The position numbers were made by a program, and so were the translations under genes. A stretch of DNA of 64,000 nucleotides, taken from the NCBI GenBank assembly GCA_963674595.2, contig CAXXFV010000022.1, positions 1 to 64,000 on the forward strand, given 5' to 3'. Below the pieces are notes generated by a model. It searched no databases and was not told the DNA's origin. It saw only the letters and a list, made by a program, of their open reading frames with translations. Of the stretch, positions 63,301-64,000 are shown piece by piece; position 1 is the first letter of the stretch; each line of letters starts with the position of its first letter. This DNA comes from a bacterium. Its GTDB lineage: Bacteria > Zhuqueibacterota > Zhuqueibacteria > Residuimicrobiales > Krinioviventaceae.

Positions 63301-64000
63301 AATCAGACTGGAAATCATTCCCCCTATATCCTTTCTCAGCCGGATACACTTTTATATACAAATTCACCCTGGAGTTATCCGGTTCAGGCTGTTGATCAGG
63401 AGCAAAATATTAGCAAATATCTATTGGAAACCAATGCCGGTTTTTTAAAAATGGATTCAACATCCGGTATACTCACTGGCACCCCAACAGCTAACGATAC
63501 GGGATCATACTATATAAAAATAACGGTCCAGGATTTAAATAATGCAATGGTAGTTCAGGAGTTTATGATTCGTGTTATTTCCATAGATCCGAAAATCGTT
63601 ATTAATGAATTATATTTTGGTAATGATTTTACACAAGAGGATTCCACTGATTTTGTTGAGTTGATAAATAATGATACGCTTTCTATTGATCTCGGTGGTT
63701 GGAATTTGAGTGGGTTGAATTCATATACTTTTAATTCGAATACAATATTGGCTCCGGGAGAATTTTTTGTTATTCGGTCTGAACAACAAAGCAACTCTGC
63801 AAAACACTCCCAAAAAGTTTCGTCTATGGATTTTACCAACATTTCCGTGACATTAAAAGACGTTCACAATACGACAATAGATAGTGTAGATATTGACAGA
63901 TTCGGTTCCTGGTATTACGATCTTGCTGTTGGTGGATGTTCTGCTGAGTTGGTTCATCCTTCTATAGATAATAATCTGGATTATGCATGGCTTCCCAGTG
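60346..64000 (+). CDS. Large secreted protein with parallel beta-helix repeats, lamin-tail domains and an Ig/cadherin-like domain; 3' partial
   Basis: RBS GAGGAGG; MKPNVILTIVLV... signal peptide; reads in frame at each point checked up to the edge; ISINEIMY...EFIEIYN and IVINELY lamin-tail motifs; absent from the ORF track, presumably because no stop falls in the window. Confidence 0.85.
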   Translation, partial: MKPNVILTIVLVIFSFLFIQSAGAMDVGGDISENTTWSLAESPVNLIQDVTVKGVELNIENNVVVNLNGYDIYFLYDYLGAGNYAPTSPEIYANYVEFNGGQNLLSQFYFQGHKSNNTEYPAIGKFENCDFQNVEIVFNQYSSPEFLNSTLSSELSGTAFKSCYGSQPELTGNVITGYNFAFHIFSNGLPVLQSNIITDCGYDGIALSGQFSKRLYLNQEYLFFDNDYNFESMGYSYKLVDDLIIKGKVVTVDSGATIDLGGHQLLVNAINYGSGECYDGYFQALHCNFINSASEQSQIYYEGIRSNETNYICGGEFAECSFQNIEIYVDKYANPVFYECDFVGDGDGIAFTSELGSQPTIQNNSISNYEYPFLIQSNGLPVIENNTVNCNINRIALAGEFASAYFMENIFHYFADDYLLGNYGYSYDLIDDVFIIGKTLIADLGTIVYLNSKTIHVQPLVLEPLLPSNGNLNAESVTFYGDDYLESTIRFNGNQENPSSGALTNCQFTNVKVECAKYAFPDIRNCNFNSNGLGIALCSCLGSNPVIESNTIENYEYPFYISSNADLDLNNNTVNNCGFAGIGISGDFARRHYDFASNTFLNFDQDYILRDHGYPYQFTEKVQIKGKKLVIDKGLFLSLNGFDLYIMFDYLDYTTAANGDISADLVYFTGDDSLESEIFFKGTEYYSVEYKTHGQLDNCHFNQVNLNFVENSDPTVSNCTFFSNGNGTAIKLLNNSQATIQNSIVSGYANGIENFHASSAVINSNDLLNCTDYAVYNRSTTLFDISGNYWGHITGPTHPDNPGGKGQLIHGNVNFIPFLTQPSNIQDYDISINEIMYAPASDNMGTEFIEIYNNEQNAIDLHGWMLNGAVNFTFPDFILLPNEYVIVCRDSLKFVDLYGIRENLFQWVSFQFESELNELMLFDDYGALQDIVEFGKIDPWPTCSIESGHSIELIDVSMDNNLPESWQLSDAVYAPYGTPGCLNSVNQTGNHSPYILSQPDTLLYTNSPWSYPVQAVDQEQNISKYLLETNAGFLKMDSTSGILTGTPTANDTGSYYIKITVQDLNNAMVVQEFMIRVISIDPKIVINELYFGNDFTQEDSTDFVELINNDTLSIDLGGWNLSGLNSYTFNSNTILAPGEFFVIRSEQQSNSAKHSQKVSSMDFTNISVTLKDVHNTTIDSVDIDRFGSWYYDLAVGGCSAELVHPSIDNNLDYAWLPS

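Overview
Bacterial genomic window, probably from an anaerobic FCB-group lineage such as KSB1 or Calditrichota; this is inferred from several secreted proteins ending in an 'NYPNPFNP' FlgD/T9SS-type-A-like C-terminal domain. Bases 1-4.6 kb are the end of a prophage late region (tail-like genes, a signal-peptide beta-propeller protein, an M15 endolysin, a holin-like gene). Bases 5.1-20.3 kb are AT-rich cargo: a giant lectin/PA14 surface protein, lipoproteins, a subtilase and a type II R-M pair. The cargo carries integron attC-like sites and an IS21-derived MITE, and it ends at an attR-like tRNA-Pro(GGG) fragment with arm-type repeats just before tRNA-Gly(CCC). The remainder looks like host backbone. 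It includes an ackA(+HTH tail)/V4R-like/HEAT operon divergent from a sigma54-driven Hpt and response regulator pair, and a TetR-controlled ABC/LolA-like exporter. Further on are a double-cubane reductase and its activase behind a candidate UGA/SECIS leader peptide, glycoside hydrolases, alpha-2-macroglobulin/pbpC, map, an EamA transporter and a large beta-helix protein that runs off the right edge. Four single-base frameshifts in short base runs suggest assembly indel errors. All calls come from reading motifs; no searches were run.
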